From an uncultured delta proteobacterium (GTDB lineage: Bacteria > Myxococcota > Myxococcia > Myxococcales > Myxococcaceae): DNA of 64,000 nt. Below the pieces are notes generated by a model, which had not been told where the DNA came from, did no database searches, and saw only the letters and a program-made list of their open reading frames with translations. A program made the translations under genes and the position numbers. Shown piece by piece: positions 9,807-18,386 of this stretch. The stretch covers positions 352,001 through 416,000 of the forward strand of contig CAVYSY010000040.1 in the NCBI GenBank assembly GCA_963771175.1, given 5' to 3'. The stretch's first letter is position 1. The number at the start of each line of letters is the position of its first letter.

Positions 9807-11579
9807 GTGTGCCCCTTGTCGAAATCCAACCTGTCGCCCAGACCCGAATCCGCGCCCGAGCCTGAAGCGGATGGTTCCTCCGCGCCGCTCAGTGCGAGTG
9901 ACTTCACTGCCACGCACACGAAGATGGCCGGCTACACCGCCACCTCCCTGTCCCCGCTGCATCCCGAGGCGACCGGCACCATCGTCGCTCCTCTAGAGGC
10001 GGGTGAGTTGCCCGACGTGGCCGCCGTGCGCGGGCTCCGGCTGGATCAGATCCTCCTCTTCACCACGGGTACGCTGCTGGTGCTGGTGGTGGGGCTGCTG
10101 GCCTTCGTGGCCACCGTGTCCAGCAAGAGCCAGTTCGAGGAGACCTCCGAGCGCTTCAAGCTGCGCATCCAGGATCAGGCTCGCGAGCTGGGCCAGACGC
10201 TCAGCCACACCCTGGCCCTCACGTCGGCCACGTCCCTGCGCGACAACAACTACGCCTTCCTCGGCGAGGTGGCGCGCTCCATCATCTCCGACAACCCCAA
10301 CATCCTCCGCGTGCAGATGTACGACGCGGAGGGGTTGCTGGTGGCGGACTCGAAGGAGGACGCGAAGCTGGGCGAGTCCACCGAGCGCAAGCCGGAGCGG
10401 CGCTGGGTGAGCGCGCTGTATGGTGGCAAGCCCATCATCGAGTACCAGGAGCCCATCGACTACGGTGCCCAGATTGGCAAGGGCATGGTCGTCATCAGCT
10501 ACTCGCTGGACGCGCTGCAGACGATGCTGCACGAGCTGGAGACCACGCGCACCGAGGCGCTGCGCCGCAACACCCTCACCATGGCCGGGCTGGGCGTGGG
10601 CTTCGTGCTGCTGGCCGGCATCCTGGTGGCCTTCCAGAGCCGGCGCATCACCCGACCGCTGGGCGTGCTCACCGTCAAGGTGATGCAGCTCGCCGCCGGT
10701 GACCTGAACGCGCGCGCCGAGCCGGCCCGCGGCGCTGGACGCGAGGTGCTCACGCTCGGCGTGGTGTTCAACCACATGGCCGAGCGCATCCGCGTGCTGC
10801 TGGACGACGTGCGCGCCAAGGCGCAGCTCGAGCGCGACGTGTCGCTCGCTCGCACCGTGCAGGAGACGCTGCTGCCGGGCCGCGAGGGCTACCAGGTGGG
10901 GCCCCTGCGCATCGCCGGGCTCGTGGTCACCGCGGATGCCTGCGGCGGTGACTGGTGGACGCGCTCCGCCCTGGACGAGCGGCGCGTGGTGGTGGGCATC
11001 GGCGACGTCACCGGCCACGGTCTGGCCACCGCGCTCGTGGCCACCAGCGCCACCAGCGGTTTCGCCGCCGCGATGACGATGCGCCATCCGGAGGAGATCT
11101 CCGCCCAGGGCCTCATCTCCTCGCTCAACGTCACCCTGGCCAACATCGGCCGGGGCGAGCACCAGATGTCCAGCGCGCTGGCCGTCATGGACGTGCAGAC
11201 GGGCGTCATCGATTACGCGAGCGGCGGTCACCCCAGCCCCATCGTCTACAGCCGCTCCACGCGCCAGGTGGCCTCGCTGCCCGCGCGCGGCGCGCTGCTG
11301 GGCGCCTCGGTGAACTCGCAGTACGCCTCGCGCCAGGCGCAGCTCCGGCCGGGCGACATCATCGTCTGGTACACGGACGGCCTCACCGAGTCGCGCGACG
11401 CCGCCCAGAAGCAGTACGGGACCCAGCGCCTGGCCGCCGCCATCCAGGCCCACGCCCACCTCTCCGCCGAAGCCCTGCGGGACGCCATCCTCGCCGATGC
11501 GCGTGCCTTCAGTGCTGGCCAGCCCGCGCACGATGACATCACCGTCGTCGTCGCCGAATTCGCTCCCGCCTCCCCATGA
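9807..11579 (+). CDS. Membrane sensor: 2 TM + periplasmic domain + HAMP + SpoIIE/PP2C (RsbU-like) phosphatase
   Basis: Two TM segments, HAMP (ITRPL...EV..LGVVFNHMAER), ARTVQETLLP, GGDWW, IGDVTGHG, YTDGLTE, HDDITVV. Exact start uncertain. Confidence 0.9.
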   Translation: MCPLSKSNLSPRPESAPEPEADGSSAPLSASDFTATHTKMAGYTATSLSPLHPEATGTIVAPLEAGELPDVAAVRGLRLDQILLFTTGTLLVLVVGLLAFVATVSSKSQFEETSERFKLRIQDQARELGQTLSHTLALTSATSLRDNNYAFLGEVARSIISDNPNILRVQMYDAEGLLVADSKEDAKLGESTERKPERRWVSALYGGKPIIEYQEPIDYGAQIGKGMVVISYSLDALQTMLHELETTRTEALRRNTLTMAGLGVGFVLLAGILVAFQSRRITRPLGVLTVKVMQLAAGDLNARAEPARGAGREVLTLGVVFNHMAERIRVLLDDVRAKAQLERDVSLARTVQETLLPGREGYQVGPLRIAGLVVTADACGGDWWTRSALDERRVVVGIGDVTGHGLATALVATSATSGFAAAMTMRHPEEISAQGLISSLNVTLANIGRGEHQMSSALAVMDVQTGVIDYASGGHPSPIVYSRSTRQVASLPARGALLGASVNSQYASRQAQLRPGDIIVWYTDGLTESRDAAQKQYGTQRLAAAIQAHAHLSAEALRDAILADARAFSAGQPAHDDITVVVAEFAPASP

Positions 11580-14110
11580 GTCTCATGAGACGTCCTCCTC
11601 GTCCCCTGGTGCGCCGCCTTACGGCGGCGCTGGTCCTCATCAACTCGCTGGCTGGCACGGCCTCGTTCGCCCAGTACCGCCCACCGCCCATGACCGAGTC
11701 CCAGCGGCTCGTGCGTGAGGGTGAGTCGGCCCAGGTGGACGCGAGCTCCGCGGCCACCTCCGGCGACAAGAAGCGCGCCGACGCCAAGTACCGCAAGGCC
11801 CTGGAGCTCTTCGGCAAGGCGCTCGCCGAGGAGCCCGGCTCCGTCGAGGCCGCCGCCGGCCTCGGCGCGGTGGGCGTCGCGCTGCAGGAGCACGCCCTCG
11901 TGGTGGAGAAGGTGGGCCCCGTGTACGCCGCCCACCAGGACTCGCTCGACCTGGCCTACCCGCTGGGCATCTCGCTCTTCAAGCTGCGCCGCTATGACGA
12001 GGCGGTGCCGGTGATGCAGCAGGTGTCCGCCGCCAACAAGCCCGAGCACCTGCTCGTCCACTACTACCTGGGCAACTACTACGTCCTGGGCTCCGCGAGC
12101 GGCGACGAGGCCGTGGTCGAGCTGCAGACGTACCTGGCGCAGCGCCCGGACAAGATCGCCGCCAACGACTACCAGATCCACGAGCTGCTCGGCCGCGCCC
12201 ACCTGATGCGCGGTGACGCGGCGGCGGCGCGGCTCTCCTTCGAGCGCGCCCAGGCGGGCCGCACGGAGTCCGTCTCCATCCAGATGGGCCTGGCCCTGGT
12301 GCTGGAGATGGAGGAGCGGATGGGCGAGGCCATGGCCCTGCTCTCGGGCCTCACCGTGCGCTTCCCCAATGTGCCCGAGGCGAAGGAGCGCCTGGGTCGG
12401 CTGCTGCTGGCCTCGTCGGATCTGCCGGGCGCCGAGGCGCAGGCGCTGGCCCAGGTGAAGCTGGGCAGCACGCCCACCGCGCACATGCTGCTGGGTGACG
12501 TGCGCATGGCCCAGGGCCGTGCCGCCGACGCCGAGGCCGAGTACCGCAAGGTGCTGGAGCTGGCCCCGGGCGACGTGGCCGCGCAGATGGCCGTGGGCCT
12601 CGCGCTGCAGAAGCAGAACCGCAACGAGGAGGCCATTTCCTTCCTGGATGCCGCCGTGCAGTCCGGCGCCGACAGCCTGGAGCTGTGGGCCGCACTCGGC
12701 TCGGCGAACCGCCGCGCCGGCCGCTACCAGCGCGCCGTCGAGGTGCACCGCCGCGTGGTGGAGATGGCGCCCAATCTGGCCTACGGCCACCTGCTGCTCG
12801 GCGCGGACCACTTCGTCACGGGCCAGTGGGACCAGGCCATTGACGACTACGGCAACGCGCTCAAGGCCGAGCCCGAGCACGCCGAGGCCAGCAAGTGGCT
12901 GGCCCGCGCGTTGGCCTTCCGCGCGAGGGAGCGCGCCGGGGCGAACCGGATGGATGACGCCGTGCGCGACCTGCGTCGCGCCTTCGACCTGGAGCGCGAC
13001 GCGGCCATGGCCCGCCGGTTGGGCGCGGCCCTGCTGGAGCAGGGGGCCCACGCCGAGGCCCGCATGGTGCTGGAGCAGGGCGTGAAGTTGCCGGACGTCA
13101 CCTGGCGCGAGCACCTGCTGCTGGGTTACGCGCGGCTGGGCTCGGGCAATGCGCAGGAGGCCCTCGCGGCCTTCGAGCAGGCCGGGCAGATGGCCCCGGA
13201 CGTGGCCTCGCTGTCGGACGTGGCGGCGGGCACCGCGCTGGCGGAGATGGAGCTGGGCCGCACGGACGAGGCGCTCAAGCGGCTGGCCGAGCCGGGCAAT
13301 TCCAAGCGCGCCATCCAGGTGACCAAGGCCAACCTCTCGCGCGCGCACCTGCGCCGGGCCTTCTCCCGCCTGGAGTCCGGTGACGCCGCGGGCGCCCGCC
13401 AGGACGTGGAAGCCTCCGAGCGTGCCGGCATCAACTCGCAGGCCGAGCTGGGCCGCCTGGCGCAGTTCGCCAAGGCGCTCGTGCAGGTCGAGGAGGGGCG
13501 CTTCGCGGACGCCAGCGCGGGCCTCAAGCGCGCGCTCAGCCCGACCCCAGCGTGGAGCCGGCCCAACACCCGCCAGCTCGCCGACGCCTACGTCTTCTAC
13601 CGCCGCGACATGATGCCCCATGCGCGCAGGCTGCTGACGACGGCCGCCAAGCGCTCCATCCCGGAGCAGTCGCAGTGGCAGAACGCCCTCACCAGCGCCC
13701 TCCACCGCCGCGAGGCCGAGCGCGCGTACAACTCCGGCAACATGCGGGCGGCGGAGAAGGCCCTCAAGGCCGCGCTGGCCCTCGCGCCGGACAGCGCCGC
13801 CCTGCAGCACAACCTCGCTTGCGTGGCCTACCGCGGCGGCAAGTCCGCCGACGCCGTGGCCACCTGGAAGCGGCTGGAGGGCGCCGTCCCCCAGGCCACG
13901 CTCAACCTCGGCATCGACGCCCAGGAGCGCCGTCGCAGCGTGGGCGAAGCCGTGGATGCCTACCGCCGCTACGTCGCCACCGGCGGCCCGCGTGCGGCCG
14001 TCGTGCGCGAGTGGAAGGAGCGGCTCCAGATGCTCTACGGCTTGTCCGACCCCGCCCCCACTTCCAACCCCGAGCCCTCCAGCGCCACCGCTTCGGACAC
14101 CACGCCATGA
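11576..14110 (+). CDS. Exported tetratricopeptide-repeat protein
   Basis: Signal-peptide-like N-terminus (ASFA-Q), many TPR-like helical pairs (e.g. AEAEYRKVLELAP, AIDDYGNALKAEP). ATGA overlap with the upstream gene. Confidence 0.85.
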   Translation: MSLMRRPPRPLVRRLTAALVLINSLAGTASFAQYRPPPMTESQRLVREGESAQVDASSAATSGDKKRADAKYRKALELFGKALAEEPGSVEAAAGLGAVGVALQEHALVVEKVGPVYAAHQDSLDLAYPLGISLFKLRRYDEAVPVMQQVSAANKPEHLLVHYYLGNYYVLGSASGDEAVVELQTYLAQRPDKIAANDYQIHELLGRAHLMRGDAAAARLSFERAQAGRTESVSIQMGLALVLEMEERMGEAMALLSGLTVRFPNVPEAKERLGRLLLASSDLPGAEAQALAQVKLGSTPTAHMLLGDVRMAQGRAADAEAEYRKVLELAPGDVAAQMAVGLALQKQNRNEEAISFLDAAVQSGADSLELWAALGSANRRAGRYQRAVEVHRRVVEMAPNLAYGHLLLGADHFVTGQWDQAIDDYGNALKAEPEHAEASKWLARALAFRARERAGANRMDDAVRDLRRAFDLERDAAMARRLGAALLEQGAHAEARMVLEQGVKLPDVTWREHLLLGYARLGSGNAQEALAAFEQAGQMAPDVASLSDVAAGTALAEMELGRTDEALKRLAEPGNSKRAIQVTKANLSRAHLRRAFSRLESGDAAGARQDVEASERAGINSQAELGRLAQFAKALVQVEEGRFADASAGLKRALSPTPAWSRPNTRQLADAYVFYRRDMMPHARRLLTTAAKRSIPEQSQWQNALTSALHRREAERAYNSGNMRAAEKALKAALALAPDSAALQHNLACVAYRGGKSADAVATWKRLEGAVPQATLNLGIDAQERRRSVGEAVDAYRRYVATGGPRAAVVREWKERLQMLYGLSDPAPTSNPEPSSATASDTTP

Positions 14111-15015
14111 AATTCCTTCGCTCGCTCATCCTGGGTCTCGCGCTCGTCGGCGCGGGGGCTCCTGTTGCTGGCGCGGCCCCCAAGAAGGCCACCCTGGGCG
14201 TCTTCCTGCCCACCACCCTCAACGAGGGCCAGCAGCGCTTCCAGTACGCCGAGGCGCTCGCCGAGAAGCTGTCCACGGCGACCGGCCGGCCCACGGCGGC
14301 CAAGAGCTTCGCCCGCTACGAGGACTTCTCGAAGGCCGTCTCCGAGGGCATCGTCGACTTCGCCGTCGTGGACTCCTGGGCGGCCGTGCAGCTCGGCAAC
14401 AAGGCCACCCCGGTGGCGCTCGCGCAGCTGTCCGGTGAGACGTCCCAGCGCTGGGCCATCGTCTCCACCTCGAAGAGCTCGGTGAAGGAGCTGGCCGGCG
14501 CGCGACTCGCCATCGTCAAGGGCGCGGGCGCGACGGATCCCAAGTTCGTCACCAACGTGGTGCTGGCCGGTGACCTGGACGCCAAGAAGCACTTCAAGCT
14601 CACCTCCGTGCCCAACGTGGAGTCCGCCCTCAAGATGCTGGAGGCCAAGGGCGCCGAGGCGGCCCTGGTGCCGCTGACGCACGTGCCGCAGGGCGTCAAG
14701 GTGCTCTACCGCAGCAGCAAGGTGCCGGGCGCCGTGCTCATGGGCATGCGCGGGGATGCGGATGACCTGAAGGAGAACCTGAAGAAGCTCGATGCGGTGG
14801 CCCCCTTCGGGGCCTTCGTCGCCGTGCAGGGCAAGGAGCTGGAGGACTTCGGCAAGCTGCTCCAGCGCGGCCCGCCCCGCCGTCAGCCAATGTTGGTGGA
14901 ATCCGGTTCGCTCAAAGTGGAGACGAAGGCCTTCCTCGATCCCCAGTCGCTCCAGCCCGTTCTGCCCTCCTTCGCCGATGCCCTGGATGTGTCCGCGGAA
15001 CAGCCGGATGACTGA
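14107..15015 (+). CDS. Periplasmic binding protein-like (PhnD/SsuA/transferrin-type fold)
   Basis: Signal peptide MKFLRSLILGLALVGAG; YEDFSKAVSEGIVDFAVVD, SVKELAGARLA, SALKMLEAKGAEAALV. ATGA overlap with the TPR gene. Confidence 0.7.
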   Translation: MKFLRSLILGLALVGAGAPVAGAAPKKATLGVFLPTTLNEGQQRFQYAEALAEKLSTATGRPTAAKSFARYEDFSKAVSEGIVDFAVVDSWAAVQLGNKATPVALAQLSGETSQRWAIVSTSKSSVKELAGARLAIVKGAGATDPKFVTNVVLAGDLDAKKHFKLTSVPNVESALKMLEAKGAEAALVPLTHVPQGVKVLYRSSKVPGAVLMGMRGDADDLKENLKKLDAVAPFGAFVAVQGKELEDFGKLLQRGPPRRQPMLVESGSLKVETKAFLDPQSLQPVLPSFADALDVSAEQPDD

Positions 15016-15038
15016 CGGGGTAGGGGGCGCGACTCCTG

Positions 15039-15066
15039 CTTCATGAAGAGATAGAGTAGTTACAAT
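15039..15066 (+). promoter_or_regulatory. AT-rich candidate internal promoter upstream of the TonB-dependent receptor
   Basis: Palindrome CTTCATGAAG (15039-15048) followed by -10-like TACAAT (15061-15066) in an otherwise GC-rich context. Confidence 0.4.
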
Positions 15067-15186
15067 TCAACAACCCGGGCGTGAGGGACCGTCCGCCAAT
15101 CCTGGCGGCGGAGGCGTGTTGCGGCGGGCAACCACCGGACACGGACTCGAGCGGCTCTCACCCAATTCGTGGGACGTCAGAGAACG

Positions 15187-17508
15187 ATGCACTCGACTCG
15201 AATCGGTTGGCTGCGGAGCAAGGCTCTCTTGGGGCTGATGTGCGGCGTGGTCGCCGGGAGCGCCGCCGCGCAGACGAAGTCCTCCCCGTCGGCCTCATCG
15301 CGGGCCGCCGTCAAGGGAGCCTCGAAGGAGGAGCAGGTCGCCGCGGCGGAGCCGATGACGGATTCTCCGCGCGCGCCCAAGGGGCAGAAGTCGAAGCTGC
15401 CGATGCCGACGCGTGGCGCGGCCCTGCCCGATGCGGCTCCGCCCAGCAACGTGCCGCAGCGCTCGCCCTTCACTGGCCCGGTCAGCACGCGCGCCCTGCC
15501 TCCGCCCTCGAGCCTCGCCGGCCTGGACATCCCGGAGCCGGTCGCCGCCCAGGAGGGGGGCGCCTCCCTCGAGGAGTCCGTGCAGCAGCTCCTGAGCGAG
15601 GTCATGGTCTCCACCGCGTCCAAGCGCAACCAGCGCATCGTGGACGTGCCGATGACGGTGTCCTGGATTTCCGCCGAGGAGCTGGAGGGCACCGGCCAGT
15701 TCACCCTGTGTGAGGCCATCCAGTACTTCCCCGGCATGGAGTGCCGTCGCGGCTCCATGCGCAAGGCGGCGGTGAGCGCGCGCGGCCTGGGCTCCAACTA
15801 CCTGTCCAACCGGCTCCTGCTGCTCAAGGATGGCCGGCCGCTGACGGACCCCTGGACGGGTCAGTTCTACGCGGACGAGACCACGCCGCTGAGCAACCTC
15901 AAGCAGGTGGAAGTCATCCGCGGCCCGGGTTCCTCGCTGTACGGCTCCAACGCCTTCAGCGGCGTCATCAACATCATCGAGCGCCAGCCGTCGGACCTGA
16001 TGAAGGATGGGCGTGACTGGGGCGTGGACGCGCGCCTGCTGGCCGGCCAGAACAGGACCTGGCGGGCGCAGGCCACCGCGGCGGGTCGCGGCGGCCCGGT
16101 GGAGGCGCTGGTCAGCTACTACGGCCTGAGCTCGGACGGCCCGCAGCTCTTCAACGACCCGCAGAAGGGCATCACGGACAAGAACGAGGACTCGCTGGTG
16201 CACCAGGTGAGCGGCAAGGTGCGCGTGAAGAGCGTGTCGCTGGACGCCGACTTCACCAGCGCGGAGATCGGCCGGCCGGGTGGCAAGCAGATCACCACCA
16301 CCGGCAACTGCGGCCGCTGCCACTACACGCCCAACGACGTGGAGCGCGTGCAGAACCTCAACGCGAGCGCGCAGGTGGACCAGCAGGTGACGGACAACCT
16401 GCGGGTGTTCGCCCAGGGCTATGCCTTCTTCAAGCGCCGCACGGTGGATCAGGAGAACATGATCACCGGCGACCTCCAGGCCGCGCTCGGCAAGCGCCGC
16501 CGGCTGGGGGCCGAGGCCCGCGCGCTGCTCTCCCTGGGGGACCTCTCCGTCACCTTCGGCGGTGACTTCAAGAACGACCTGGTCAACAACCAGAACGTCC
16601 TGTCCGGCCTGACCGCGGACGACACCACCCAGGACATCCTCGGTGGCTTCGTGGACGCGGAGTACCGGCCCTTCAGCAAGCTGGTGCTCGGCGCGGGTGC
16701 CCGCTACGACCGGTACATCATCCCGGAGAAGGTCTGGGCCATGCGCACGGACCAGCTCTCCCCGCGCGCCAGCGTGGTGTTCCACGCGCTGCCCGCGCTC
16801 ACCCTGCGCGCCAACTACGGCCGCGCCTTCCGCGCGCCCACGCTCGCGGAGCTGGCCATCAACCAGCAGATGTACGGTGCCACGCTGCTCGGCAGCCCGA
16901 ACCTGCGCGCGGAGACGCTGGACACGGTCGAGGCCTCGGTGGACTTCTGGCCGTTCGACCGCAAGGTCCGCATGACGGGCACGGGCTTCATCAACTACGC
17001 GAAGAACTTCATCAACCAGGAGTACCTCTTCGGCTCCACGTCGCAGTTCAAGAACATCGGCAACGCGCAGGTGCGCGGCTTCGAGCTGGAGGCGGCGGCA
17101 CAGGTGGCCGCCATCAACTCCTCGTTCGACGTGGCCTACCAGTTCCTGGATGCGCGCGCGCTGGCCTTCGATGGCAGCACGTCGGGGCCGCTGGACTACG
17201 CGCCCAAGCACCGCATCTACGCACGCGGCCGGACGAACTTCGGCAAGGTCGCCTTCGCCGAGGTGTACGGCCTGTTCGTGGGTGAGCGCTTCGATCCGGG
17301 CTTCCAGGTGGACTCCACCACCGGCGAGGCCAAGCGCGTGTCGCTGCCCAGCTACGTCACCGCCACCGCGCGCGTGGGAGCCAACATCACCGAGGGCCTG
17401 TCGGTCTCGCTGCTCGGCTCCAACCTCTTCAATGCGCAGTACGAGGAGTCCCACGGCTTCCCGGCCCCCCCGCTGAGCGTCTTCAGCGAGATCAAGTACC
17501 AGTACTGA
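15187..17508 (+). CDS. TonB-dependent receptor
   Basis: Signal peptide, TonB-box-like EVMVST, plug motifs (LLLKDGRP, VEVIRGPGSSLYGSNAFSGVINII), NYGRAFRAPT, NLFNAQY, and a terminal aromatic beta strand EIKYQY. Confidence 0.93.
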   Translation: MHSTRIGWLRSKALLGLMCGVVAGSAAAQTKSSPSASSRAAVKGASKEEQVAAAEPMTDSPRAPKGQKSKLPMPTRGAALPDAAPPSNVPQRSPFTGPVSTRALPPPSSLAGLDIPEPVAAQEGGASLEESVQQLLSEVMVSTASKRNQRIVDVPMTVSWISAEELEGTGQFTLCEAIQYFPGMECRRGSMRKAAVSARGLGSNYLSNRLLLLKDGRPLTDPWTGQFYADETTPLSNLKQVEVIRGPGSSLYGSNAFSGVINIIERQPSDLMKDGRDWGVDARLLAGQNRTWRAQATAAGRGGPVEALVSYYGLSSDGPQLFNDPQKGITDKNEDSLVHQVSGKVRVKSVSLDADFTSAEIGRPGGKQITTTGNCGRCHYTPNDVERVQNLNASAQVDQQVTDNLRVFAQGYAFFKRRTVDQENMITGDLQAALGKRRRLGAEARALLSLGDLSVTFGGDFKNDLVNNQNVLSGLTADDTTQDILGGFVDAEYRPFSKLVLGAGARYDRYIIPEKVWAMRTDQLSPRASVVFHALPALTLRANYGRAFRAPTLAELAINQQMYGATLLGSPNLRAETLDTVEASVDFWPFDRKVRMTGTGFINYAKNFINQEYLFGSTSQFKNIGNAQVRGFELEAAAQVAAINSSFDVAYQFLDARALAFDGSTSGPLDYAPKHRIYARGRTNFGKVAFAEVYGLFVGERFDPGFQVDSTTGEAKRVSLPSYVTATARVGANITEGLSVSLLGSNLFNAQYEESHGFPAPPLSVFSEIKYQY

Positions 17509-17517
17509 GTCGTTCCC

Positions 17518-18375
17518 TTGAGATTCGCCCTACACCCGGAGGCCGCCCCCGGCCTCCAACTCATCGCAGATGTCTCCCTGGCTCCCGCCGTGCTGGAGCA
17601 GGCCGCGCCCGCGCTCGTGCGCAGCGGTCTGCCCCTGGTGTCGGGGGCGGGGAGCTCGCGTGTCCCGGCGCGCGAGTTGGTACTTTTCGACGGTCGCCTG
17701 GGTCCGTCCCACGCCGCCCTGCTGGAGCGGGACCCTCCGGCCCTGCTGCTGGCCACTCGTGAGGCGGGGGGCACCCCGTCCGAGTGGGAGGCTCGGGTGC
17801 TGGCCTCGCTCGTGCGGGGCGAGTCGCTGCTGCCCCCGGACGCGGCGGGGGCGAAGCTGTGGCTCGAGCGGGTGGCTGATCTCAAGGTCGCCTCATCCGA
17901 GGTGGCCGCGCTGGTGGAGTCTTCCGGGGGCAGCCGGAGCGCGGCGAACCTCGCGGCCGACGTGATGCACGAGCTGGCGGCCAACGCGCTGCTGGACGCG
18001 CCGGCGGATGCCCAGGGCACGCCGTACTACGCCCACCAGCGCGATTCGGTGGTGGCCGTGGCCCCCGAGCACGTCTGCCAGGTGTCGATGGCGGTGGGGG
18101 AGGGCGGCATCTACCTGGAGGCGGTGGATCTCTTCGGGCGGTTGACGCCGGAGCCCATCGCGAGGGCGGTCTCCTCGCTGGGCGGGCGAGCGCAAGTGAA
18201 CGCTTCCGGGGGTGGGGCGGGGCTGGGAATGCGCCGCATCCTGGAGCACTGTGATCTGATAGCCGTACGCGTGGTGCCCGGGAAGGAAACCCGGATGCTG
18301 GGCGTGGTCGGTTTCGGGGAGGCGCGACGCCGCGCCGCGTTCCCCAAGTCGTTGCTGTACTTCAAGTCGGAATGA
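17518..18375 (+). CDS. GHKL/HATPase-like protein (RsbW/anti-sigma kinase-like)
   Basis: N-box-like HELAANALLDA, G1-like AVDLFG, G2-like GGGAGLGM; no HisKA H-box. Confidence 0.6.
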   Translation: MRFALHPEAAPGLQLIADVSLAPAVLEQAAPALVRSGLPLVSGAGSSRVPARELVLFDGRLGPSHAALLERDPPALLLATREAGGTPSEWEARVLASLVRGESLLPPDAAGAKLWLERVADLKVASSEVAALVESSGGSRSAANLAADVMHELAANALLDAPADAQGTPYYAHQRDSVVAVAPEHVCQVSMAVGEGGIYLEAVDLFGRLTPEPIARAVSSLGGRAQVNASGGGAGLGMRRILEHCDLIAVRVVPGKETRMLGVVGFGEARRRAAFPKSLLYFKSE

Positions 18376-18386
18376 GGAGCGGGACC

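Noticed and set aside
14107..15015. Phosphonate ABC transporter
   Set aside because: No permease or ABC ATPase gene is nearby; only the fold-level resemblance is supported.
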